Assembly (NCBI GenBank): GCA_009602735.1
Contig: WELA01003378.1
Location: 189,712 to 253,711 of the forward strand
Direction: 5' to 3'
Length of the DNA: 64,000 bases
DNA from: Mesotaenium endlicherianum
Lineage: Eukaryota
The notes below the pieces were generated by a model. That model was not told the origin of the DNA. It saw nothing but the letters and a program-made list of their open reading frames with translations, and did no database searches. This document shows, piece after piece, positions 25,620 through 37,179 of the stretch; the first letter of the stretch is position 1; each line of letters begins with the position of its first letter. Made by a program: the position numbers and the translations under genes.

Positions 25620-26566
25620 TTATAGCAGGGTCCTCTCGGCTTGAAATTTTGCTGCCTGCGCTGGTACTGCACAAGTCCCAACTCCATAGGTACTGGACCT
25701 TGTCCACTCGTGCTTGGCGCTTGAGATCCAAATTGTCGATATGCTCCAAAGTTGTGGCTGCCCCACTGCCTCTGACTATACTCCAGAGCGTCGACCCTTG
25801 TTGCCAATGCCATCATTTCTCCAAGACTGGTAGGGTCCTTGAGCGCCACTTCCTTGGCCACAGTTGGCTTGAGTCCCCTCTTGAACTTGTCCATCATCTC
25901 CGACTCGTGCATGGATGGACATTGAAGCACCAGCTCGTTGAAGCGCGATACATACTCTTGAACGCTTCCTCGTTGACGAAGGCGCACCAATAGATCTCGA
26001 GTAGTAGCCTCGGGTGCAATAGGTTGAAATTGCCTCTTCAAGCCTTCAAAGAGCTGATTAACAGTAGCAGGGACTCCAGACAGCTGCTCCTGTCGCTCAT
26101 ACCAAGCTCCAACACTCTTCTGCAGCAAAGTTATGACAAAGGCGACTTTCCTGTGTGGCGTAAGCGCAAAATACTCCATAAACTTCTTCACACCAAAAAT
26201 CCATTGATTAACAGGCGGCGATCCACGCTCTTCAGTATAAACTTTAGGCTTAGGGGCACGCATTCCTGATGCGGGTGGAGTAACTGGTTGCACCATTGGG
26301 TTAACATGAATTGGTGGCACAACAGGTGCAGGTGCCAAACTCGTCGAAGCGGCGTTCCCCATAACAACTTGCACCATTCTCTCCACCTCCTGGCGCATAT
26401 TTTGTTGAAACTGTGTGTAGACTTCTCCTTCAATTGCGTTTGCCATCTGCCTCAACATCGCCTGCATCTCTTGTTGCTCCCTTGACAAAGGTGGTGCTTC
26501 CTGCTGCCCCGCGCGCTCAACATGCTCAACATGCTCGCCTCCTCCAGCTGCTGGCTGCGACTCCAT
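25535..26566 (-). CDS. gag: Family D gag
   Basis: 343-aa ORF with LRQRGSVQEY, PVPMELG and a degenerate zinc knuckle [14 protein letters not shown]. Confidence 0.93.
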   Translation of the reverse strand: MESQPAAGGGEHVEHVERAGQQEAPPLSREQQEMQAMLRQMANAIEGEVYTQFQQNMRQEVERMVQVVMGNAASTSLAPAPVVPPIHVNPMVQPVTPPASGMRAPKPKVYTEERGSPPVNQWIFGVKKFMEYFALTPHRKVAFVITLLQKSVGAWYERQEQLSGVPATVNQLFEGLKRQFQPIAPEATTRDLLVRLRQRGSVQEYVSRFNELVLQCPSMHESEMMDKFKRGLKPTVAKEVALKDPTSLGEMMALATRVDALEYSQRQWGSHNFGAYRQFGSQAPSTSGQGPVPMELGLVQYQRRQQNFKPRGPCYNCGKLGHLARDFHLKSKQHQQQEKGGRQ

Positions 26567-27294
26567 AGTATAATATGCAACTAGCCCAGCTCCGATACCA
26601 GATGAAAGGGGCAGAGTGCCCTAGTTGAAGCGTAATAACTCACGAGGAAAAGAGCCAGTTGCAATCATACTAAAGAGTGCAGCGGTATATCACTAAGAAA
26701 GCTTAGGATGGAAGGCCTTGTCATTACCAACCCGTAGAAATTTACAGAAGTGAAAATTGATAAGAAACAAAGTAGTTCTGCCTATTTATAATTTTCTGCC
26801 TAAGTGCTCCTCTCTAGGAGGAAGCTACAGATTTTCCTAAGTGTTCGTCAAATCGTCCGTTCCAGAATATTCGTGAGTAAGCCAGATCAGTATTATTTGA
26901 CGTGTCGGGCCAAATTGCGTCCACATACATGCATCGACATTACTAGAATATTCTGTCTTAGACGCGCTAGGCTAAACCGAAACTTCTAGGTAAATCGACC
27001 TAGTCGGCACTCCGCGTCAGCCGAACTTACGTGAAGGTTCGAGTTCATTCAAACGGGCCAGATCGCTCGACGCTGTCGGTGAATCCGACGGTCGCGCTCA
27101 CCGCGAATTAAGGACAGTCGTCAACCGACCTTAAAACTAACTAAACTTCGGAAATCCATAACTCTATCAATACTTGCCCAAATTCGATGAACTTTATTTT
27201 AAAATGACCACAAAAATGCACTCTATACTACTATACAATCAAAACATACTTTCATGAAACTCAATAACGCACTTTATAAACCTATGACCTTACA

Positions 27295-28428
27295 CACTAC
27301 CCATCCCAGCTGGACGCTGGAAAGCAATATCCTTGGACTGGGTGGTACCATTACCAAGAACTGTCAATGGACATGATTAGATAATGGTAGTAGTGGATAA
27401 ACTGACAAAAATGGTCATTTTCATCCCCACCACTGTCAAAGTAACTGCACTCGAATTTGTGAGACAGTTCTACAGCCATGTAATATGCCAACATGGGCTA
27501 CCCTCTAATATTATCTCAGATAGAGACTCAAAATTTACCTCTATGTTCTGGAGAGACTTAATGGGGTTAATGGGAGTCAAACAGTTGCTCAGCACATCAA
27601 ATCGCCCTCTGACTGATGGGCAGACGTAGAGAACTAAACGCGTTATGCAAGAGGTGCTCAAAGCATTTATTAACCAAAAACAAGATAATTGGGATGACTT
27701 GTTGCCTCAAATTCAATTTGCGGTCAACTGTGCGGTGCATGCGTCAACGGGAAAGACTCCTTCTGAACTCAGTCTTGGTCGAGTCCCTAAGTCTCCTGTA
27801 GATGTGCTAGGGGAGTCTTTAATTCACCCTGAGGGGATTGACAATCCGGTTTTTGTCCAATTTACTCAAGAGTTTGCTGACATCCTGTCAGAAGTCCAAC
27901 ACAATCTGCACAAAGCTCAGGAATGTCAGCCAAAATACGCTAATCAACACCGTCGAGAACTGGCATTTTCTAAGGGCTTTGGTCAAACTGCATTCTAAAC
28001 ACCTGTACCTGCCTGGTGTGGTCAAGAAAAGTATTGGTCCGATTTGGGTCGGTCCATATTTAGTGGTGCGCCGTGTTACTCGTTATGCTTACATACTGAA
28101 CATGTCATCGGAATACAAGGGTCACCCAGTCTTTAATGTCTCCTTCCTGGAACCATACATCAAAGGTGACACACTGTTCATAGGTCGTTTACCTGTCCAA
28201 CCGAGACCGGTCCCCGCTGTCCGGGAAGGTGACCTTGAGGAATATGAGGTTGATGAGATTTTAGAAGCTCGCTCTGTCCGTCGATCATCTAAATATGTCA
28301 TGAAATATCTGGTCCGCTGGAAGGGTTACGTTGCCTCTGGAGACACCTGGAAATTTAAGAACATTTTCACTAATGCCAAAGAGGCGTTGAAACGATTTTA
28401 CCTTCGGCAGGCTGGGACACCTCCCTAA
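27295..28428 (+). pseudogene. pol: A1 integrase core and chromodomain
   Basis: VVDKLTKM; ISDRDSKF; GPY; YEVDEIL...YLVRWKGY. Confidence 0.9.
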
Positions 28429-28857
28429 CAGTCATTTCAGTTTCCATGGGAAGGTGACAAGAGGTCCCGCCTCCATTTAAGTTAGAGGGGAAATTTGACC
28501 AAACATGGCCTAAAGTGACAGTGAGTGACACAATGTGACAGGAGTTGACAGCGAGTGACAGCTGTGACAGGCAGCTCAGTGACAGTTGAAACAGGCAACC
28601 CGCCTTAAAGAATAAGTTGGAGGGGGTGGGATGATCATCTCAAAAAGTGGCCGGTTACCAATTGCCGTCGCATATTCATCCTTCACAATAAACTCCGTTC
28701 ACTCACTTCTCTCTCAAGCACACTCACACTTTCAGCTTACATACACCAGGTATTGCATGCTCTAAACTCCCTCTGCCACGTTCTAACCTGTCAAGGCACT
28801 CAATCCTGTGCATGATGTCAGGACTACACTAACTTCATTGTGGTATGAATGAGCAGG

Positions 28858-30500
28858 ATGACTCAATTGTCTGATCTCAAGAGGAAAAGAAGGGCGGACG
28901 AGGCACAGGCGGAGTACAAGGAGTTCCAAGGCAACATCAAATCGTCCTCCATCTCTTCTTGAGAATCAGAGCGACTCCGACTACAGCGGGAGACTCAGAG
29001 GAAGGAGGAGAAAGAACAGGCCAGGCTGAGACAGGAGCAGCAGGACGAAAAAGCTGCAGAGAAAGCCAAGAAGGCGGAGGAACAAAGTTGGCTGAAGAGA
29101 GGCAGAAGCAGCAGGCTGAGGAGGAACAGAGAAGAATCAAACTCTACCGCTAAACAGTGATGGGCAAGAACTTTGATCTTTTGGAGGAGGCCTTCAAGTA
29201 TGCCCAGAGGAACTGAAGTAAATCACAGAGGGACATACTGCAGCGGGAAGGGGAGACAACCCAAGATTTTGACAAGTACATAGAGGTCAGCACAGGGCTT
29301 CTACTGTACCATGACTATGCCGAGATGGTGGGGTATACCATCTGGGAGGCCAAAGCGGTGGCCAAGATAGGTGAATCTGAAATGGTGCCAAATCTTGGAA
29401 TTTGGGGCACAGATAGGGTCATCAGGTTGATCCCTATGCATACAGACAGCTTCAAGAATTCCACTTCCCACAACCGATTCAAGGCCATGTATAACGAGGT
29501 GGAGAGAAGAAGCTGGGAGGTCTTGGCAAGGGAGACCAGCCAGCTGGATTTCTCAGGTCACTGTTACCCCTATACTTTGAAGAGGACGGACCCTGCTTTC
29601 TTTCTACCGCCCACAGACTGGCGCTGGATGACCATCACCATGAAGGACCAGCAAAATGACAAAGCTGAGGACGACAATTTCCTGGCAGATTTGCAGGGGA
29701 AGATAGTGCTGCCACCTCACATTGCAACATGGGATCCAAGACTGGGTGAAGTCAGAGATTGCATGAGTCAGCAAACACAGGAGAATAGGACCAGGGTTAG
29801 GGACTCTTTCTCTAAGGGGAAGCATGCTTATGCCAAATGGGTAAGACCTGTATGTGGTCAGGACCCAGCAACCCCCACCTGCACCCAAAAGAGGGAAGTC
29901 AATGGGATAATCTTTTTCTCGAGAACGGCTGGAGGAGATGACCAAAGAGGCTTCAGAAGTCTCAGAGGAACAGGAGAATGAAGAGGAGGAAGGCGCCGAA
30001 GAGGAGTCTAGCCCTGCTGAGGCACAGACCCCAACTACATCCTCCACTTTGGAGCAGATTGGAAGGTCCTTGGCACCGGCAGCCTTGCAGCAGCTTGGGG
30101 ATGCCAGCCCACCAGGAGACCCATATCTCCAATGGCTGGGGAGTTTCAACAGGAGAAGTCCCACCCCAAGAGGTGAGACTCAGTCAGACAGAGCAGACAG
30201 AAGGGCTGCCAAGGAGGCCGCCAGAGGGCAGCCAGCATCTCCCTCTCATAGAGGGCATGTACCCTTAGCCCATGTCATGCAGCACCCCTTCGATATGCTA
30301 GTGTATGTCCCTGTCAATTTGAGAGTTGCACAGGAGAGAGCGATCTCCATCAACTTGCAGATAGTGCAGGAGCAGGCTGTCCAGTTGCTGCTTCCACCCC
30401 TTGGTTCAACCTAGCCTGAGCCTCCAGGTTTCTGGAGACCATTAGACAGGAGAAGGAGATCCGGTTCCAGGTCTCGCTCCCCAGATGACCGAGCCCCTGG
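28858..30500 (+). pseudogene. Family A extra ORF, divergent A1 version
   Basis: HNRFKAMYNEVERRSWEVLARETSQLDF, VLPPHIATWDPRL and RGHVPLAHVMQHP align with 49399-51096. Confidence 0.85.
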
Positions 30501-31649
30501 TACTTAGTTTGCTGTTGAATTTGTTTTAGATTCAGTTGGTTGTGTTGCATTTGTGTGACTTTGTTGTAAATGCTAATGAAAGGGTTGTCGAGTCGCATGA
30601 CTTGCCTGAAATTTTTGCGTCAAACGTCATACTTAACCCCAAAGAAGCTTTATGCATCCCTAGCAATGTCCTCGCCTTGAGAGGAATGTGGGATATATGG
30701 AGGGCCTTTACCAAAATCTCATTTTGCATTGCCGATCGCGCTTGAAACCGAGTAATCGGGTCAAAGTACAAGCGTTTTCTCGTGAATGCAGCAATATAAA
30801 TTGGTGCAAGACAGTTGTGCATTTGTCGTAGACGCCACAGAGGACAAGAATCTGCGGTGGATGGAAACAAACACCGAGAATTTCTTATTCACTCAGCAGT
30901 GTTGTTGATAGCTCGGAAATTGGCACTTATCAAGTTAAATGCAATGTCAACCTTGACATGATTTGAGTGAGCGTTGTGATAAGCAGGGCAATGTTCTTAT
31001 CACTTCCAAGCTCAAATTCATGTGAGAGGGGTGAGTCACAAATGGACGAGATAGAACAAATGCAAAAGCATCGTGCCAAAGCAATAGAGAAAGGGAATCA
31101 ATCCACAAACTCAAATGAGCAACAAAATCAACCCAATGTCAAAGAAACATGTCAAATCTGGTCAAATTGTGACCAAATGTGGACGACAATGTTCTGAATC
31201 CAAAAATGTGAGCGAGAGTCAATTTTCGTAGAATGACAACAAGTGCGGTAATGTCATGGAAAAGACCCGTGGGCAAAAATCCCTTGTATATATCAAAACA
31301 CGCGCATAGCATCCAAAAACACAAGGTGGGTGGGATGGATGGGGTGGACCCCTTTTGTGTGCAACGGTGCAAATAGTCCCAAACAGGTGCAGATTTTGAC
31401 TTGAACATGTGCAAAGGGCTGAAGAAATAGGCGCCCTTCACCACAAAAGTCAAAAGCATCTGAAAAAGAAACAAGCGGCGTGGTTAGTAACGGCGAAAGA
31501 TTTCTTGTGGAAAAAAAAAGGGGGTTTCGTTGGCAAAACGCCGCCAGCGCCTAGTTGGCCCGGGGGACCGTTGAGGATGTCATTGGTGCCAGCGAGGAGT
31601 GCAGCAGCAGTATTGGCACTAATGTTGGTTCCATATGGAAGCCGAGGTT

Positions 31650-31842
31650 TCTGCCCAGGAACTACGATAAGTGATCGTAGCGCACGGCAGGACTGGGATG
31701 AGTGACTGTACCAATAATCTGCCCCAAAAACTATGATAAGCGACCGTCGCGCAGGGCAAAATTGGGATGGGTGAGCGCTCGACGATCTGCCCCAGAAACT
31801 ATGATAAGCGATCGGAGCGCAGGGCAATACTGGGATGGGTGA
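31650..31842 (+). repeat. Three tandem ~57-bp imperfect repeats with a 68-bp period
   Basis: TCTGCCC..AACTAYGATAAGYGA.CG..GCGCA.GGCA...TGGGATG.GTGA at 31650, 31718 and 31786. Confidence 0.85.
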
Positions 31843-32214
31843 CCTTCCCAATACAAAAAATTTCCCCAAACCACTAAAAAACAATTTCATTGGAGAAACC
31901 GAGATCAGCTGTCGTGCCTAACAGTGTTGGTCCCTCGGCACGCGCGTAGCCTTCCAGCACGTGTGCCTTCGACTTGGTCGATGTGTCGGTGGCCCTCCTC
32001 ACGTGTGGGCAGACATGGTCTATCGACCTTCGCACGTGTGTCGGTGACAAGCCTTACCAAGGTTGACCCATTCCTGGGCTCCTGAACTTGCACCATGCAA
32101 CCATGACCAACACTCAAAGCAATGTTGTCCTTCACCCAGCTCTCACCATCTGCTTATCCTAAAACTTAGCAATTTTTTTTTAAAATGCTTGCCTTGCCTT
32201 AATTCCTCTTACAA

Positions 32215-34106
32215 GGACGGAAGTCTCTTACTTCCACATAGGCTTTATGCCTTAAGGTTCTTGGGTTCACAGGCGAGCAGATTGTAGTTTGCAGAAATCA
32301 CACTCTAAGCAGCTTGACATACAACGTCAGATTCAGAGAAAATTGCCCTTCAGGCTTTCGCATAACTTTCACAAAGTCACAGCTCACAAAACTTTGAAAC
32401 TACACGTCTATGCTGGCCTGGGTCAAGCTCTTCACTTAACACCGCGCCTTGACAGCTCTTCACTGCCAGGCTAGGCTCACTCAGTTCTTCACTGAGAGCT
32501 TTATCTGCCAATACTACCCTCTCTCTTCGAGATGCGAATGCGACTTCTGAGAACTTGGAAACCAACACACAACTCACCATTTTAAGGCTGCTTCACACAC
32601 ACTTGTGGCGTTCGGCCGAATCTGTGCCAATCTCCTAGCAAATTCTATTCTGCAGTTCTCCTACTATCAACAGTAAAATTCCCTATTGAGAACTCCAAGA
32701 ATCCTAACTTATCTATGATACAGTGAGCAGAATCTTCAACGTCGGCAGAAGCGTGGGGCCTCGGCTCTCCAATGGCCTTGGGAACTCCTACTTCTTCTTC
32801 GCGTCCTTCTTCTTCTTCCTTCTGCTCCTTCTGCTCCTTCTGCTTCTTGGCAAAAGTGCGTGAGGGTGAATGACATGTCTCAGGCAAGATTCGTGCCTTT
32901 CGCAGGCACCTCACAGCGTCATCTTTCGAGAATGCCGTGCTTAGTCACAAAGCTTAGCTGCATGTCGCTTCTGCCTAGCCATGCTCAACTGAAACTCGTA
33001 GTCACTCAGCATGCATGCACACCTCGTGACTGTCCCGCATGGCTGCTTAGCTTCTCAGCTGGCAGTCACGCCTAATTGGCTCATGGCTAAGAACTCCTGA
33101 GCGGCGTGTACAAGCAAATGCCACTTGCTCAAGATTCCCAACTAGGCGGCCGTAACCTATCTTGGCATTGCGGCCATGACCTGGCTTAATCTGCCAGTCA
33201 CGCAGTACCTGACTTGGTACCTGCTGGGCGGCTCATCACTGATCCCCAGCTTCTAGCCTCGCGGCTGTCTATGCTGTAAAAACCTCCCCCATCCCTGGGT
33301 GTGGGGCACATTGACATTGACCCCTTGCCAGTGGTCTTGACGCCGACATAACCGCTGACTGCGACGTAGTCAGTCAAGTGGTCGGTGAGTCAACGTTGAC
33401 TTTCCGTACCTAGGTGGCCGTAGCTTGCGCTGCACGTGCGGCACCGTCAAACGGATAGTAGTCGCGACACAGCTCTGATACCAATGTAACGTTTCTGCTT
33501 TTCAAGAGGATCTTTCCTCGGTATTCAAGGAATATTTGGTTGAAGTGGAAAGAAAATCTGTATACTTGTGCAAATTGACGAATAGTTGAAATAGCGGAAA
33601 TGAAAACTCACGTAGAATGTGTGCTTGTGAGAGTTGCACTCACAATGACTCTTGCAAGTATTTATACTTGCAAGTCGTGAGGCACTGGAGTGCTTCGAAT
33701 CACCACCTAGGGCACTGGTTCATGTTCAACGAAAACAGTTGAAGGGGTACGACCCATTCGGCCGAATGCTCGAAACGCACCGTTTGGCGGTTTGGAGACT
33801 TTTCGACGGTTTCCGAAAAACCGTTTCACGCCAAACGGGCGTTTTCGCGTTTGCGCGACTTTTGAAAAGTCGCGACTGTTTTCGGAGTCGCGTACACATG
33901 CTTTGGTCATGAACCGGGAGTTATAAATAACTACTTTGCCAATCGGTTAGGTGTGAACGTTTCAAACGACGAGTCGCGGGTTCGAATCCGCTCGGATGCA
34001 AAGTCTCTTTGCATATTATGTGTCGTTTGACTTTTACGACTGTTTCTTCGTCTTAACGACTGGTCGTAAATGTGAAATCCATGACTGTGCATTATCCAAA
34101 ATAATG
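32215..34106 (-). mobile_element. Family C copy C2: partial LTR (33485-34106), PBS (33472-33483) and 5' leader
   Basis: Matches 52442-53062 (LTR) and 51898-52440 plus 46468-47198 (leader); PBS TGGTATCAGAGC on the minus strand. Confidence 0.9.
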
Positions 34107-35100
34107 CTCGTTCATGGCTTTCTCCTAAGCTTCTGTCCACACAAAAGGCACATTTTTTTTCAGGAGTTCCGTCAGGGGTTTAGCAATTCTGCTATAATCC
34201 TTCACAAACTTACCATAATATCCGCTTAGCCCTAACATACCTTTCAGCTTAGATACATTCGCAGGTGCAGGTATTTTGTAAATAGCCTCAGTCTTCACAG
34301 CCTGAAGGGACATAGCATTGTTCCCAATCTCATGTCCTAGGTAAGGCACGTGTGTCTCAAAGAATCTGCACTTCCCAGGATGCAGCTTCATCTGGTATTT
34401 CTCGAGGCGCTAGAACACTTGTTCCAAGTGCTCGAAGTGCTCTTCCATGGACTTGCTGAATACTATCACATCGTCAATGTACGGCTTAGCAAAATCCAGC
34501 CTCTCCAGCACTTTATCCATAGTCCTCTGAAATATGGCTGGGGCATTTTTTAGCCCAAATAGCATTATTGTCCATTGCCAAAGCTCCCTTTGAGCCCAAA
34601 AAGCGGTCTTACCTCGATCCTCTGTTTTCACACGGATTTGGTTGAAGCCTTGGCGCAGATTGATGATGCTGAACACCTTCTCGGTGGCGGTAATCGCAAA
34701 GATCCGCTCCGGCGTAGGCATCACATAGCTGTCTGGCTCCGTGTAGAGATTCAGTTGCCTGTAATCTCCACACATACGAGTGGCGGTGTAGTTGCCGGCC
34801 TCGTCCTTTTTAGCGACAACTACTGTGGGAGCCCCATGCACTGAGGTAGATTTTACAATCATGCGGAGCTTATGCAGCTCTTCGCAAGTTTTCTCCACAC
34901 AGTCCCACTCTGTCTGACTGAGCTTATGCGGCCCAAGCCTGACTGAGTTATCAGTAGTTAGTGTGATCTCACACACACTGGCAGTGGTTCTACCAATCTC
35001 TTCCTTAGTAAAAGCAAACACCTTGCGGTGTTTCTTTAGCAACCTTTCTACTTGTGCTCTCTGCTGGGCTGAGACCATTTTCGCAATGGCAAAAGTCTCA
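34107..35100 (-). pseudogene. Reverse transcriptase of C1
   Basis: RMCGDYRQLN; NLRQGFNQI; LFGLKNAPAIFQR; PYIDDVIVFS; GYYGKFV; TAG at 34410. Confidence 0.92.
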
Positions 35101-37179
35101 ATTTCAGGTTGCTTCTCCCCAACAAAGGCATCTAGTAGTTGCTACTCCTTGGGTGCAGGTGGGGGCTTTTTTCCCTCATCCCGGCCCTCAGGCTTTTCTG
35201 CCTGATTCTTAGAAGGTGGGGTAGCAGGCTTTGCAGCTTGCTCCTCCGTTGCCATAGGCTCTGCAGCCTGTTTCGTAGGCTTTATACCATTCCCAATGAC
35301 GCGTCGCCTCTCTTGCTGTGAGGTGTACGTCAGGCGCCTTGAAATAGGTTGCCTCAGGAACCTTTCTTCGTCGACTGCAGTCCAACTGGTCCCGGTTCCT
35401 CCTTCTTCACGTGGCCGAGGTTAGTTTGCCATTGGCCAACCTGCAGGATCTGTCCTAGGGCTGATTACCCAACCCCACTTTTGCTCAACAATAGTCATGC
35501 AGGCGACGGTCGTGTCATACTCCTCCCTTGCGGGTGGTGTGACCGTCCATGCTTGCGCCAACGTTTGCGGCCTTTGAGGTGCCGCTAGTTGTGCGAGGAA
35601 AACATCATCTGCTGCGGTCAAGCGGCTGATGGTGTTTCTCAGATCCATCAGTTCCCATTCTGGGATTGCAGGTGTCATGGGAGCAGGTGCCTCCGACCTC
35701 TGCATCCTAAGATCTGATAGTTGCAACAAGGGCGTGTTAATGCCTGGCGGCACACTAATGCCCAATGCCATTGCCCTGTAAATCAAGCCGTCCTCTCCCT
35801 CTCTCCGCAGAATATCCCGCGGGGGCGGAGGAGGTGGGGCTGTGGTTCCTCGCGGAACGCCCTCTCTCTGAGCCTTCTCCTTATGCTTGAAATATCGCTT
35901 AAGCATCCTCCTAAAAGATGCGTTACCCTCACGGGCCACCTTCCTTGGTCTGCTTGCGCGACCCTCGGGTTTACCTTGCGCTGTCTCTACTTTAGCAGTG
36001 CAGGCAGTCACCTCCTGCCGTTCGGCGGTCGTGCGGTTGACTTGGGCTCTGCCACTGAAAGACTGGCAGTTGGGGTACTGGATGTTGGTGACCTTAGTTC
36101 TTCATAAAGGTCTGCCGGGCTTGGCCCCATCAGGTGGTCAGTTACCCAATCGTCTGTCCTCAGCACCTGCAAGTCAAGCAGATCCAACTCTGGCGTGGGA
36201 AAACGTGGAATTTCTTCCCTGGCTTCCCCTCCATTGTTGAGTGATGGCAACTCAAACTCTGGGAGGTCTTGCATCTCTGCATCCTCTCTCTCCTCCGGCT
36301 TCTCTGTTCCAGGAGGCGGCGATTCTTCATCCCCTCCTGTGTTGAGCCTCGCCATGGTGATGATGGCTGACAGTAGACGCGAGCTGCTTTCGCCACTTTC
36401 TCTTCCTTGAGTCGAGGGGCGCTCGCTTCCAGCAACTGCTTCATGATTTGCCTGGTGATTGACTCAGCTGTGCTGCCAACTGTGTCTTGTGGTTGCCCTT
36501 TGGCCTCTGGCTCTGGGCTCATCAGAACAAGTGTGGCGGGCAATCTCTCGACCGTCTCCTTCCTGCGTTCTTCAAAGATCACCTCCCGGCAAATGGTCTT
36601 TCCAAACCCTCCAGAATTTCCTGAATTTTGACTGCATTCTTCGGCCCGTTTGCCAATATTGCACTGGCTTTCTTCATATTTTGACGTTGTTGCGTCTGGG
36701 GATGAGTCTCCAAAGACCTGGTCTGGGGCCATGTTCTGTAACTCAAAAGTGGTCTCTTCCTCCCCTTTCGGCATCCTCAGAGATATTTGGCTGGAGCGTT
36801 CTGCAAATGATGGGATCACCTGTGATTCGCTTGCTGCAGCGCTCGCCAAAGGGTTTGCTTCACCAGTTGCCTGGTCTTCCATGGCTACGTCTCCTCGCAG
36901 CCTTCGCAGCTCTCTTTCCAGAGGGTCGTGTAGAGCTGTCATCCGATTGTCAATTCGCTCCAGTAGGTCTTGACACCTGGTCAGCTCCGCCACTCTGGTT
37001 TCTCTGAGTGCTTCACCTTGGTCAGCCTCAGCTGCGTCCCTTCAACACCATATTCTTCTTGTCGATGATGCGCTTCCCTGATAGCTCTCTGATCAGAGGT
37101 TGGCACCACATGAACTCCAATCGTTACTGGTCTCGACCTGGGCATAGGCTTGTCAGAGAATGTCATCTGCTGCCAAGTC

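Larger units (their letters stand above)
21209..27294 (-). mobile_element. Family D full-length chromodomain-bearing Gypsy nested in the A1 integrase
   Basis: LTRs 26603-27294 (5') and 21209-21951 (3'); TSD CACTA (21204-21208 and 27295-27299); PBS 26589-26600; PPT 21952-21966. Confidence 0.97.
5237..30504 (+). mobile_element. Family A chromodomain-bearing Gypsy, copy A1 (divergent, decayed; hosts hAT and family D; 3' LTR missing)
   Basis: 5' LTR 5237-5955, PBS 5957-5968, then gag, PR, RT, RH, INT, chromodomain and extra ORF, collinear with the other A copies; similarity ends near 30504. Confidence 0.9.

Noticed and set aside
31650..31842. CRISPR-like repeat-spacer array
   Set aside because: Repeats are ~57 bp and imperfect, spacers only 11-12 nt, there are no cas genes, and the context is eukaryotic.
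33929..34000. Functional tRNA gene (loop TTTCAAA could suggest a UCA anticodon)
   Set aside because: Acceptor and anticodon stems do not pair properly and it is part of an LTR; kept only as a Pol III box-like motif.
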